Translations under genes and position numbers: made by a program
Part shown: positions 18,647 through 27,639 of the stretch, piece after piece
Position numbering within the stretch: position 1 is the first letter of the stretch
Layout of the letters: every line of letters starts with the position of its first letter
Assembly: GCA_041689795.1 (NCBI GenBank)
Contig: JBDNFN010000396.1
Coordinates: forward strand, 16,122-80,121
Length of the DNA: 64,000 nt
Direction of reading: 5' to 3'
Source: Fuerstiella sp.
Lineage (GTDB): Bacteria; Planctomycetota; Planctomycetia; Planctomycetales; Planctomycetaceae
The notes under the pieces: model-generated
What the model was told of the DNA's origin: nothing
The model's database searches: none
The model's input: the letters and a program-made list of their open reading frames with translations, nothing else

Positions 18647-18966
18647 TAAGAACGAACCTTCGACCGCGACATAAAACTTCCCATCTAAGCCGATCGTTCC
18701 TGATCACTCAGAGTTTCATGTGCAACGAGGTACGCAAAAGAGCTACAGCCCTGTTGCTCTTACCCAGCAAATATCCCCAGCACGCATTGGAAACCGGCGG
18801 ACAGGAAATGGCAATCAACGAATCCAACTAATTTGTCGGCCGCGAATTTTTTTTCCAGAAGTGAAGCGTTGATGTTCCGTAAGCGTAATGTTGGTAATAG
18901 TTTACGTGATTTACGCAGAATTCCTCGTGAATCGCATAAACACGGTCAAATGCGGCTGGTTGTTAC

Positions 18967-19896
18967 TTAAAACGCTTCGACCAGCTTGTCTCCGCCGTTT
19001 TCCAGCAGAGATTCAGCGACGGTTACACCAAGCTTGCTGGCTTCGTCGATCGTTCCACTCGCTTCAGCTTCCAGGCGAATTACTCCATCCAGGCTTAGTA
19101 ATATTCCGCAAAGGCTTAGCCGGTTGCCTTCCAAAATCGTCAGGGCCCCGAGCGGAGCGTGACACCCTGCTCGCAATTCTGCGAGCAGGGAACGTTCGGC
19201 TGTGACGGCCGCCAGTACGTCTTTATTGGTTAGCTTCTGAAGCACTTCCTGAGCGAGAAGATCATCTTCGCGACATTCCACGCCGATGGCCCCCTGCCCC
19301 ACGGCGGGATATACCAAAGGCGGCTTAAGCACCAGTGAGATTCGATCTTCAAGCCCCAGTCGACGCAGTCCTGCTTCTGCCAGAATGATGGCGTCGAATT
19401 CGCCTTCGTCGAGTTTTCGAATCCGGGTATCGACGTTGCCTCGAATTTCCAGCATCTGCAGATCCGGGCGAGAATGCAGCAACTGGGCCTGCCGTCGCGG
19501 GCTGCCGGTGCCGATTCTCGCACTTTTGGGAAGTTCATCGAGCGTTTCAATGATTCGCCCATTCGGCAGCAGTAACGCGTCAAAGTGAGGTGCGCGATCG
19601 GGGATGCCGGCCAGTTTCAGGCCACTGGACTCCAGCGTCGGAAGATCTTTTAGGCTATGCACGGCAATGTCCGTTTCCCGTTTCAGTACCGAGTGCTGGA
19701 CTTCACGAGTGAAGACGCCCGTTCCACCGAATTCACGCAGCGCATCGGTCTGATTTCTGTCGCCGATTGTTTTCACGTGCACGATCTCGACGCTGACTTC
19801 GGGTGAAGTTGTTTCAATCAGTGATTTGATATGTTCCGCCTGCCACAAAGCCAGTTTGCTGGATCTGGTGGCGATACGAATGATATTGTCAGGCAT
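18967..19896 (-). CDS. hemC: Hydroxymethylbilane synthase (porphobilinogen deaminase)
   Basis: From Met at 19896 the translation is MPDNIIRIATRSSKLALWQAEHIKSLIE...VHVKTIGDR...GGTGVFTREV...RGNVDTRIRKL...AVGQGAIGVECR, a full HemC signature. The upstream extension in the ORF track is probably not translated. Confidence 0.9.
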   Translation of the reverse strand: MPDNIIRIATRSSKLALWQAEHIKSLIETTSPEVSVEIVHVKTIGDRNQTDALREFGGTGVFTREVQHSVLKRETDIAVHSLKDLPTLESSGLKLAGIPDRAPHFDALLLPNGRIIETLDELPKSARIGTGSPRRQAQLLHSRPDLQMLEIRGNVDTRIRKLDEGEFDAIILAEAGLRRLGLEDRISLVLKPPLVYPAVGQGAIGVECREDDLLAQEVLQKLTNKDVLAAVTAERSLLAELRAGCHAPLGALTILEGNRLSLCGILLSLDGVIRLEAEASGTIDEASKLGVTVAESLLENGGDKLVEAF

Positions 19897-20328
19897 GATT
19901 AACGTACTGAATCTAAGTCGCTGAAACGTAGAAGTCGGTTGGACGAGCACCGCCACATCGTGTTGGGATTTCGCCGCAGAGTGTAACGTATTCAAGTGAG
20001 CTTGCAGTCCGCGACCATGATCGTACGGAAGAATATGCAAAGCAGGGGCGATAAAGTACGCTACATGCTGCTAAATGTGCGTCCTGCGTTTCCGCAACTG
20101 ATCGATCTGCTGGCACGGATTGATGGGGCTCAAACGCATTCTATACAAGCACATGCCGCCGATGATTTTGCGGCAGGGCGTGATTTTCTGATTGACGGCG
20201 ACATGGAAACCACGGTTTTTTCGAAGAACTACCGGATCCGATCGAATTACAGAGGTGTCGTGAAATTATGGCATGTCGATAATGAATAGCAGCGAGAATT
20301 CGATGGGCAATTCTTCCGAAAGGGTTCC

Positions 20329-21669
20329 ATGAAAATCAGACATATGGTTTTAGGAGCCCTGTTCTGGGTGATATCCATCGCAACGGGTTGGTACGTCCTG
20401 CACTCGGAACTGTCACAGCAGTCCAGCAGCGTTTCAGCGATGAGCTCAGACGTTCGGTCGTGGGTGTCCGGGCATCAGCAGCGGTTCAACGCCGTGTGCG
20501 ATGAACACGTGATGGTTGCCGTTGGCGACCCGGTTTTTCTGGAGCTGCCTGATGGATCTTTTCGTCAGGTTGGGCTGACAACCAATCTGCATCAGAAATT
20601 CAGTCGGGATGCCTTTGCCTCTCGAGCTTTTGATGTCTCCATATATCAATCGGCGATGGCTGAGTTTCCTAATGGTTTTCAACTGGATTACCACACCACG
20701 CCCACGTCGCTGGACTGGGTTGCGAAAATGATGATCCCGCCAGAGCGTCAAAAAGCGATCGCTGACATGATTACGAAAGAATGGAAGCAGCATCAACTGG
20801 AATTGATGACTGAACTGCGGCCCGTAATGCAGGACGGATTGCGTACAGCAATGAAGGCGGTCGAAGGTGAATTGCCCACGATAGTTCGCAGTCACCGTGA
20901 CGAATTTCGCAAACTTGGCGAACGCTATGAAGCCGACATCATTAAGGCCGAAGTAATTCCTTTGGTGCGTGAAGAGATTCTACCGATTATCGAAGAAGAG
21001 GCCGTTCCAGTCGCTATGGATCTGGGTAAAGATTTGTGGAATCGCGTTTCGCTTTGGTCGTTTACGTGGAGGTACTTCTATGACAAAACCCCGTTGCCAA
21101 AAAAAGACGCGTTGAAGATTGAGTTCCAACGGTTCATCGATGAAGAAGCGCTTCCGGAAATTCGTTCTCGGAGTGACGAGTTTATTGAAGTCACGGAGAC
21201 AATCGTAAAGCGGTCGATGGAAAATCCAAGGGTAAAAGCGGCAATGAAAAAGAGCTTCAAACAGGTTGCTGAAGATCCTGAACTACATCGGCTGGTGTGG
21301 AGCATTGTTCGCAAAGCCGTAGTTGAGAACGCAACCTTGCGAACCGAACTGGATGACTTCATGAAGACTCAGGAAACACGACTGGCATTAAGAACTGCTG
21401 GCGACCGCCTTGAACCCATCGTTCGCGAAATTGGCGATATGATCTTCGGTTCTCGTGAAACCGGTATCACCCCCGCGTTCTCACGAATACTGAGAGCTCA
21501 GATTCTGGCTAAGGATCGGCGATGGTTTGTCATGATGCCAACATTCGACAATCTCCAGAAACGTGGTGAAGTGTTTGTGGACGCGACCGACACACCCATG
21601 ATGTATCCGCTGGGGTTCGGTGGGACTGCTCAGAGTCCACTGACTCCGGCGGGAAGAGGTGCTGAATAG
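20329..21669 (+). CDS. Membrane-anchored protein of unknown function (possible MCE/MlaD-like partner of the downstream ABC protein)
   Basis: 446-aa ORF with an N-terminal TM helix (VLGALFWVISIATGWYVL), a short beta-like segment VAVGDPVFLELPDGSFRQVGLTTNL, then a long helical region. Its TAG stop overlaps the GTG start of the next gene by 1 nt (TAGTG at 21667-21671). Confidence 0.55.
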   Translation: MKIRHMVLGALFWVISIATGWYVLHSELSQQSSSVSAMSSDVRSWVSGHQQRFNAVCDEHVMVAVGDPVFLELPDGSFRQVGLTTNLHQKFSRDAFASRAFDVSIYQSAMAEFPNGFQLDYHTTPTSLDWVAKMMIPPERQKAIADMITKEWKQHQLELMTELRPVMQDGLRTAMKAVEGELPTIVRSHRDEFRKLGERYEADIIKAEVIPLVREEILPIIEEEAVPVAMDLGKDLWNRVSLWSFTWRYFYDKTPLPKKDALKIEFQRFIDEEALPEIRSRSDEFIEVTETIVKRSMENPRVKAAMKKSFKQVAEDPELHRLVWSIVRKAVVENATLRTELDDFMKTQETRLALRTAGDRLEPIVREIGDMIFGSRETGITPAFSRILRAQILAKDRRWFVMMPTFDNLQKRGEVFVDATDTPMMYPLGFGGTAQSPLTPAGRGAE

Positions 21670-23318
21670 TGCCTGAGCAAACAGAACCTGAATTGTCCGC
21701 GACTAAGAAAACGGAAGTGCAGACTTCTGATGTTGGTACTGAAATCTGCCTGAAAGAGTTTTCGCTTTCCGCCGGAGGCAAGCCGCTGCTGGTGAATTCG
21801 AACGCTCGTTTTGCAGCGGGACAACTGACGTTGGTGCTGGGTTGTAGCGGTGTGGGCAAATCGTTGTTGTTGCGAATTTTGGCAGGGCTGATCGAGCCTA
21901 ATCATTCGGCCATTAAATACACCGGACAGATTGAGTTCCAGAAGGATGGTCACGTAGATGTGAAACGGAATCATATGAAGGAGCCGGTCGCGGTTGTCTT
22001 CCAGAGTTTCGCATTGTTCGACGAACTCTCCCCGGCAGAGAATATCGAGATCGCGATCGAGCATTCGTCGATGGCTGATCGTACCCGCCGCGTCAGCAAT
22101 GCGAGCGCCTTGCATCTGCTGGAAGAATTAGGAGTGCCTGGCGATCGCCCGACTTCCGTTCTTAGCGGGGGACAGCAACAGCGACTTGCGATTGCCAGAG
22201 CACTTGGGATGAAAACCGATGTGGTGCTGTATGACGAACCCACGTCAGGTCTCGACACAAATACGGCCGGACAGGTGGCCGAACTAATTCGGGACGCCCA
22301 AATGCGGTTTAAGCGCACGTCCGTCATTGTGACTCATGACTACGCTGCGTTGCAGGAAATTGCCGACCACGTTGTGCTGCTGAATCATCATGATCGAACG
22401 CTGCAGGATGTTCCGCGTGAAGATTGGGGCAGACTGCCTGAGCTTCTGGGAAAGCCTCCGCAGGTGGATGGCACCGTTGGCAGGAAAATATCAATCGCCA
22501 CACGAATGCTCGAATCTGTTGGAAGGGCTCTCGATGCCACAGGCGAGTTTCTTGAAAACGTGCTGTTGCTGCCGTTGGCATTGCTGCCGCTGTGGAAAAG
22601 CTTTCGGTGGGGCGGACGCATTACATGGCACTATTTCAAGCTGGTGTCTGGCTGGTCAGCCTGCGTTTATATCGCGATCTCGGGTATGATTATTGGCTTT
22701 GTTGCTCAGGATTTTATCTTTCGGTACCTGCCGTTTCGTCAGTACACCGAGCCTTTGCTGATTGAAAACCTGTTGCATGCCACAGGGTTTTCGTTGTACC
22801 GGTTTTTGGTGCCCATTCTGTCGACTATTCTGATTGCCGCAAGGTCTGGTGCGGCTGTGTCGGCTGACGTGGGCAGCAAGGTTTATGGCAATCAACTGGA
22901 CGCGATGAAGACCATTGGCATGGATCCGTGGCGGACCGTGCGCACTCCTGTTTTATATGCGTTTTTGATCGGCACGCCGCTGTTGACGTTTCTGAGTTAC
23001 GCGGTGGCAAGTCTTACAGCATCGGTGGCATTTCTGGCGACTCACTCCAGTGAAGGGATCGCATTCTGGGATGCTCATTTTCACAAAGAACTGAGACTTC
23101 CGGATAGCATGTTCTACAAAGGAACTGGCTGGCTGGTTGCAAAACTACTGACTTGCGCTGTTGGAACGGCCATGATTTCGTGGAAGTGTGGGGCTGCTCC
23201 GAAACAGTCGGCGCCGGACATCAGCAAAGGAGTGACGCAGACGATTCTGTGGTCAACTTTGTTTACGCTGATGGTGCACTTCGTGTTTTCGCTGTTCGAG
23301 TTCAAGGCTCCGAAATAG
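21669..23318 (+). CDS. Fused ABC transporter ATP-binding domain and MlaE-family permease
   Basis: The N-terminal half has Walker A GCSGVGKS, signature LSGGQQQRLAIARAL, Walker B VVLYDEPTSGLD and H-loop VIVTHD. The C-terminal half has ILIAARSGAAVSADVGSKVYGNQLDAMKTIGMDPWRTVRTPVLYAFLIGTPLLT, matching the conserved MlaE/YrbE permease core. Confidence 0.8.
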   Translation: MPEQTEPELSATKKTEVQTSDVGTEICLKEFSLSAGGKPLLVNSNARFAAGQLTLVLGCSGVGKSLLLRILAGLIEPNHSAIKYTGQIEFQKDGHVDVKRNHMKEPVAVVFQSFALFDELSPAENIEIAIEHSSMADRTRRVSNASALHLLEELGVPGDRPTSVLSGGQQQRLAIARALGMKTDVVLYDEPTSGLDTNTAGQVAELIRDAQMRFKRTSVIVTHDYAALQEIADHVVLLNHHDRTLQDVPREDWGRLPELLGKPPQVDGTVGRKISIATRMLESVGRALDATGEFLENVLLLPLALLPLWKSFRWGGRITWHYFKLVSGWSACVYIAISGMIIGFVAQDFIFRYLPFRQYTEPLLIENLLHATGFSLYRFLVPILSTILIAARSGAAVSADVGSKVYGNQLDAMKTIGMDPWRTVRTPVLYAFLIGTPLLTFLSYAVASLTASVAFLATHSSEGIAFWDAHFHKELRLPDSMFYKGTGWLVAKLLTCAVGTAMISWKCGAAPKQSAPDISKGVTQTILWSTLFTLMVHFVFSLFEFKAPK

Positions 23319-23466
23319 GATCGCCCTGGCATCCGCCGCAGGCAACTGGATGGCGGGGCGATAAAGAATGGCAGCGTTACAAAAAGAGCACATCCAGCAG
23401 GTTAATACCGGACGTGCCTCTGTTGACGTCATCTGTCATTAGTTCAGCTTAGCCAATGAATTCCGC

Positions 23467-24261
23467 TTAGCGAACGGACGCGGAATATGTTCGAGCCGAA
23501 ACGGGCGTAACGCCGTATGATACGGGACGAACTGAGCTTCGATTCTGATACCATTGGATTGGAGCAGGTGAGACGGCTGATTGACTTGGGTATTCATGAT
23601 CGCCGTTGATGTCACCTGAATGCATCGGTGTGGCGATACTCTGCGATGGCTGGAAGATCGTCGGCGGTGAGTAAATCGGAGCGGACATCGTTGGTGAAAA
23701 TCCTGAGCTTTGCTGCATCGGCATCGAGTTGTAGTTGTATTCCGGAGTATTAATCGCTGTTGTTTCGTATGAGTGTGCACCGTAGTTACTTGCCGGTTGA
23801 GCAAACGCCATAGACTGTTGAGGATAAGCAACAGTTGGTTGGCCATATGCCATCGAAGGCTGCGCGTAGGCCATTGCGGGCTGAGCTGTATAGCGGTATT
23901 GAGTTTGATAGGTCGTCTGCGGAACGTACTGTGTGACGGCCCCGTAAGATGTCACCGGAACCTGCACGGCCGTCATTGCCTGCTGTTGAGGCAACGCGCT
24001 TGTGCAGCCACAGGCAGAAGCTGTTGGGGCAATTGGATAGTTCAGCATTTGTGGGGCTGCATACATCGGCTGTTGATAGCCGCTGTAGACCGGCTGCTGA
24101 TATCCATATGTCTGGTATCCGCCAGCGCAACCGCCGCATCCATGAAATCCAAGCCAGGCGAAGGGGGCAAGCCATGGAGTGTAAAGGCAGGCCTGAGTTG
24201 TCGTTGCTGTCGAAAGTAGGATGACTAGTGTCATCGCTGTGGTAAAGAGTGAACGTTTCAT
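23467..24261 (-). CDS. Secreted Q/Y/P/A/T-rich low-complexity protein
   Basis: 264-aa ORF with signal peptide MKRSLFTTAMTLVILLSTATTTQA. A Cys cluster (GCGGCAGG) follows, then degenerate repeats (AQPAMAYAQPSMAYGQPTVAYPQQSMAFAQP, YQQPVYSGYQQPMY). It has almost no charged residues. Confidence 0.55.
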   Translation of the reverse strand: MKRSLFTTAMTLVILLSTATTTQACLYTPWLAPFAWLGFHGCGGCAGGYQTYGYQQPVYSGYQQPMYAAPQMLNYPIAPTASACGCTSALPQQQAMTAVQVPVTSYGAVTQYVPQTTYQTQYRYTAQPAMAYAQPSMAYGQPTVAYPQQSMAFAQPASNYGAHSYETTAINTPEYNYNSMPMQQSSGFSPTMSAPIYSPPTIFQPSQSIATPMHSGDINGDHEYPSQSAVSPAPIQWYQNRSSVRPVSYGVTPVSARTYSASVR

Positions 24262-24695
24262 GAGTCTTAATTCCTCGTCGCTGAACGTCCGGAGTACAGT
24301 GGTCGATCAGATGTCGTGTTTGAAGGTTACCTTGTTGTCCTAATCGGAATTACCCAGAGGTAAACTAAAGCAAAACACAAAACTTTTCAAAAACAGCTCA
24401 AGTCGAAAGCTGGTGTGATTCTTCGATAACGCCAATCGGCAAAGCGTGCGGCGTATCCTGCCGGTTAATCCTTGCGTTGTTACGGTTGTGCCGAAACACT
24501 CCGCGGCGTAAGTTGGCTGGTCTTTGGATCGGAATTTGAGCCCGGCGGTTTCCGTTTTGCAATGCGGCAGCACGATTTATTTCCGGCGCCCGTTCGACAA
24601 CAGGAATGTTTTGCAGCGTTGTCGCAGCGTCGGCGTAACTCACAGTTGTTGTTGATTGGCGACCGAAGATCAGCCGGCTAATATCTCGTATTCCC

Positions 24696-25343
24696 ATGAA
24701 CAGCGATATTGGAATGAAGTTGAAACCGATGAGCCAATTTACTTACTTATGTCTTGTGTTGCAGATGATGTTCACTGCAACCGCGATGTCTCAGCAGGCA
24801 GAAGTTCTTCCTGGAATAGGAGATAAGGCTCCGTCATGGATGGATCTGCCCGGAACGGATGACAGAAAGCATTCATTGGAGGTGCTAAAGGACAAGGGCG
24901 TGATCGTCGTTTGCTTTACATGCAACAGCTGTCCGTATGCCAGTGATTACGAAGACCGAATGGTCGCGCTGCAGAAAAAGTTCATCATGGAAGGCCTGAA
25001 TGCTCAGCTTGTCGCCATTAATTCAAACACCGTTGCCGCCGACAACATGGACAGGATGAAGGAACGGGCCGCTGAAAAGAAATTCAATTACCCGTATCTC
25101 TGGGACGAATCACAGACCGTGGCCAAGGCCTACGGCGCCATCTACACGCCGGAATTCTATGTGCTGAATAAACAGCGAGAGATCATCTACCGTGGTGCGC
25201 TGGACGATGCGACGTTGGCAGACAAAGTGAGCGTGAAGTATGTAGAACTTGCCGTTGCGGCTGGCCTGTCCGGAACGAAGCCAAAGGTTGAAAAAACCGG
25301 AGCTCGCGGCTGCGGCATTCGATTTAACCGAAAGCGGCGTTGA
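24696..25343 (+). CDS. Secreted thioredoxin-fold redoxin (AhpC/TSA/ResA-like), C-N-S-C active site
   Basis: It has a signal peptide. GDKAPSWMDLPGTDDRKHSLEVLKDKGVIVVCFTCNSCPYA has the redoxin beta-alpha layout with a CxxC, followed by YTPEFYVLN. Confidence 0.75.
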   Translation: MNSDIGMKLKPMSQFTYLCLVLQMMFTATAMSQQAEVLPGIGDKAPSWMDLPGTDDRKHSLEVLKDKGVIVVCFTCNSCPYASDYEDRMVALQKKFIMEGLNAQLVAINSNTVAADNMDRMKERAAEKKFNYPYLWDESQTVAKAYGAIYTPEFYVLNKQREIIYRGALDDATLADKVSVKYVELAVAAGLSGTKPKVEKTGARGCGIRFNRKRR

Positions 25344-25389
25344 GTCACTTCACCGGATCATCACAAGACTAATGCCAGTGAGTCTGACT

Positions 25390-26244
25390 TCAACGAGAAT
25401 TGGCGGAAGAGGACGTTGTTGAATGGGGCTTGCATCTGTTGGCTGCCCACTTCACTCCGGCGGTCATGAGTTCCTGCGGGCCACCTTGTTTTTCCGGATG
25501 TGGGCTGAAACAAATCACTCGCCCGTTCTTGTACATTGTGCGAATGATGGCATGAGTCCCGACCATCGAGCCTTCGGGAGCTCCCTTCAATGCGACTTCA
25601 GTTTTGTAAATAGCCAGTACTTCATAGCCTGGTAAATCGGCTTTTGTATCTGGCACTAACAGTGGCCCCTGTCCGTAGTAGACGAAAAGTTCTGGCTGTT
25701 TTGCATCCAGGAGCTGGCGTCCGGACGGCGTCATAGATAGAGCTACGTCGCCCGTGCCGCGAGCCCAATGAACGCGATCCCAGACGCGAGCGTTCACCAA
25801 TCCAAGCGACCACGAATACTGAGACGTTGCCAGATAGGATCCCGCGCAAATGCCGACATATCCTCCACCGGATTTTACGAATTCAATGACGTTCTTTCTT
25901 CCTGTTTCTTCCAGCTTCTTTGACTGCAGGCTGCCCGATCCGCCTGGCATAATGAGAACGTCGAAGTCTTTCAGTACTCCTGTTTGAATTTCTTTCGGGC
26001 TGATTCGCTGGCAGACGAAGCCATTTTCAACGGTCAGAAATTGCATCAGATTCAGTGGGCCCGATGCGCTGCCGTCTGAATGATCATAAATAGCCACTCG
26101 CGCGATCGAAGCGGGGTCTGGCGGAGTAATTTCGTCAGCACACGAGCTGCAGATTGGTATCGATAAAAGCAGAAGCGAGCCGAGGCGCAGTGCGAAATAG
26201 TTCATTGTCATCAGCATCATTTTGGCAAAAGACGTTCGACCCAT
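25390..26244 (-). CDS. Secreted class-I glutamine-amidotransferase-like / BPL_N-domain protein
   Basis: It has a signal peptide. DFDVLIMPGGSGSLQSKKL...FVKSGGGYVGICAGSYLA is the nucleophile-elbow pattern of GATase1-like/BPL_N domains. Confidence 0.6.
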   Translation of the reverse strand: MGRTSFAKMMLMTMNYFALRLGSLLLLSIPICSSCADEITPPDPASIARVAIYDHSDGSASGPLNLMQFLTVENGFVCQRISPKEIQTGVLKDFDVLIMPGGSGSLQSKKLEETGRKNVIEFVKSGGGYVGICAGSYLATSQYSWSLGLVNARVWDRVHWARGTGDVALSMTPSGRQLLDAKQPELFVYYGQGPLLVPDTKADLPGYEVLAIYKTEVALKGAPEGSMVGTHAIIRTMYKNGRVICFSPHPEKQGGPQELMTAGVKWAANRCKPHSTTSSSANSR

Positions 26245-26285
26245 CTTGAGGCAGTTCTATCATTAGGTTTCGTTCATGGAATTCG

Positions 26286-27566
26286 CTACGGGTCCAACGT
26301 TCGGTTGCTGTCATCTGCGAACGTGGGTGCTTTCGGTGTGTCGATCGATAATGCGTGGGTTTTCGTGTGCAGCAATTCATTCTTCATCGCTGCCATTGCT
26401 TTCCGCGCAGATGCGTGGCTGAATTCGGCCATCGTGGATGTCTTGCTGGATGCATTCTTAAGCAGTCTCGCATCGCTCAGGATCTCATCTTCAATTCGCC
26501 ACAGATTCTGCCAGATTTCAGATAGATAGGTGCCATTGATTGTTTTGTGTTTGCTGTCGGAAATTCCCCATTCACGCAGAGTGAGGGCAATTTCCCCTAT
26601 TTCTCCTCCATGCTTGCCTTCAAGGTCTTCGGGAATGACGGGAGTGTTGGCCCAGCATGGAACGGCGATTGAGAACTTGGGGTCGCCCAGAATGGTAAGC
26701 ATCGTTGTCAGATTGGGATCTTCGTCTGCTCGGACGCCGTGAAATACAGTCGCGGAAACCGTCGTGGCACGGCTGATTGTTTCTGCGGTCGAGATTTGCC
26801 TGGGCAATACGGGACGGTCGGAATTGACGCTACCTGAAATACAAACACCATTGCTATCAGCCATGTCTCGAGCACAATTTCTAATCAGAAACTCAGCAGA
26901 GATGTTGCCAACTCCCTGCGATGCCAACAGCGAATATGCTCGAAGATACCGCCCACCGGACGAGACAGTTGCCAGTTCAGTATTGCCGGGCAGCGTCGGC
27001 AACTCTTGTCCTGTTATGGAAAAATTCGAGCGGACAATGTATCCGTTTGGGGCGACCTGCGGATCGTTGGCATCAAACATCCGGTGAGATGTGCGGCCGA
27101 CTTCGAACATTGCGGCACCCCCATGGGCATCAATCACACCAAAGTTTCCACATGTCACGCGTCCGGTGAGTTCTGTTGCCTGTAGCAGTTCTGAAAAGTC
27201 ATTCAGCGTAGCACACGTTTCGAGCGCGCGGCGAATCAGTGCTCCGTTACCGGGGCCTTTGGTTGTCGTTTTGCTATTTAGATCCAGTGATAATGAATTT
27301 TCGATGCAAAAACCTGCTTCGTTCACACCCATCCAAACGGAAGTTCGACTGCCCGCATTTGCAACGCCGATTGCTTTGTAAGTGCCACCCGTCAGGCGGA
27401 TTACTTCATTGTGTTGCTGCGAGAAGTCTCGGTTCTTCCAAAGCAGCGGCCGCCCATCGTTTGTAACTCGCCCACTAACGACGGCCGTTGTGCAGGCGAT
27501 GGCTGTCGAAGGAGCCAGCACGGCCAGCACGATGATGATTCCGCCGTATATGTTCTTTAACTTCAT
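26286..27566 (-). CDS. Secreted Ntn-hydrolase with N-terminal Cys nucleophile (peptidase C45 / choloylglycine-hydrolase-like superfamily)
   Basis: The signal peptide ends ...APSTAIA|CTTAVVSGRVTNDGRPLLWKNRD. A Cys immediately after the cleavage site followed by DG..L..KNRD is typical for self-processing Ntn hydrolases. WMGVNEAGFCIENS is also present. Confidence 0.6.
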   Translation of the reverse strand: MKLKNIYGGIIIVLAVLAPSTAIACTTAVVSGRVTNDGRPLLWKNRDFSQQHNEVIRLTGGTYKAIGVANAGSRTSVWMGVNEAGFCIENSLSLDLNSKTTTKGPGNGALIRRALETCATLNDFSELLQATELTGRVTCGNFGVIDAHGGAAMFEVGRTSHRMFDANDPQVAPNGYIVRSNFSITGQELPTLPGNTELATVSSGGRYLRAYSLLASQGVGNISAEFLIRNCARDMADSNGVCISGSVNSDRPVLPRQISTAETISRATTVSATVFHGVRADEDPNLTTMLTILGDPKFSIAVPCWANTPVIPEDLEGKHGGEIGEIALTLREWGISDSKHKTINGTYLSEIWQNLWRIEDEILSDARLLKNASSKTSTMAEFSHASARKAMAAMKNELLHTKTHALSIDTPKAPTFADDSNRTLDP

Positions 27567-27639
27567 TCAGGCGTCCTTAACTCCGGTAAGTTTAGATGTT
27601 GAGATCATCGGGCTGTGCCAAATGCAGAAATGCGGCTGT

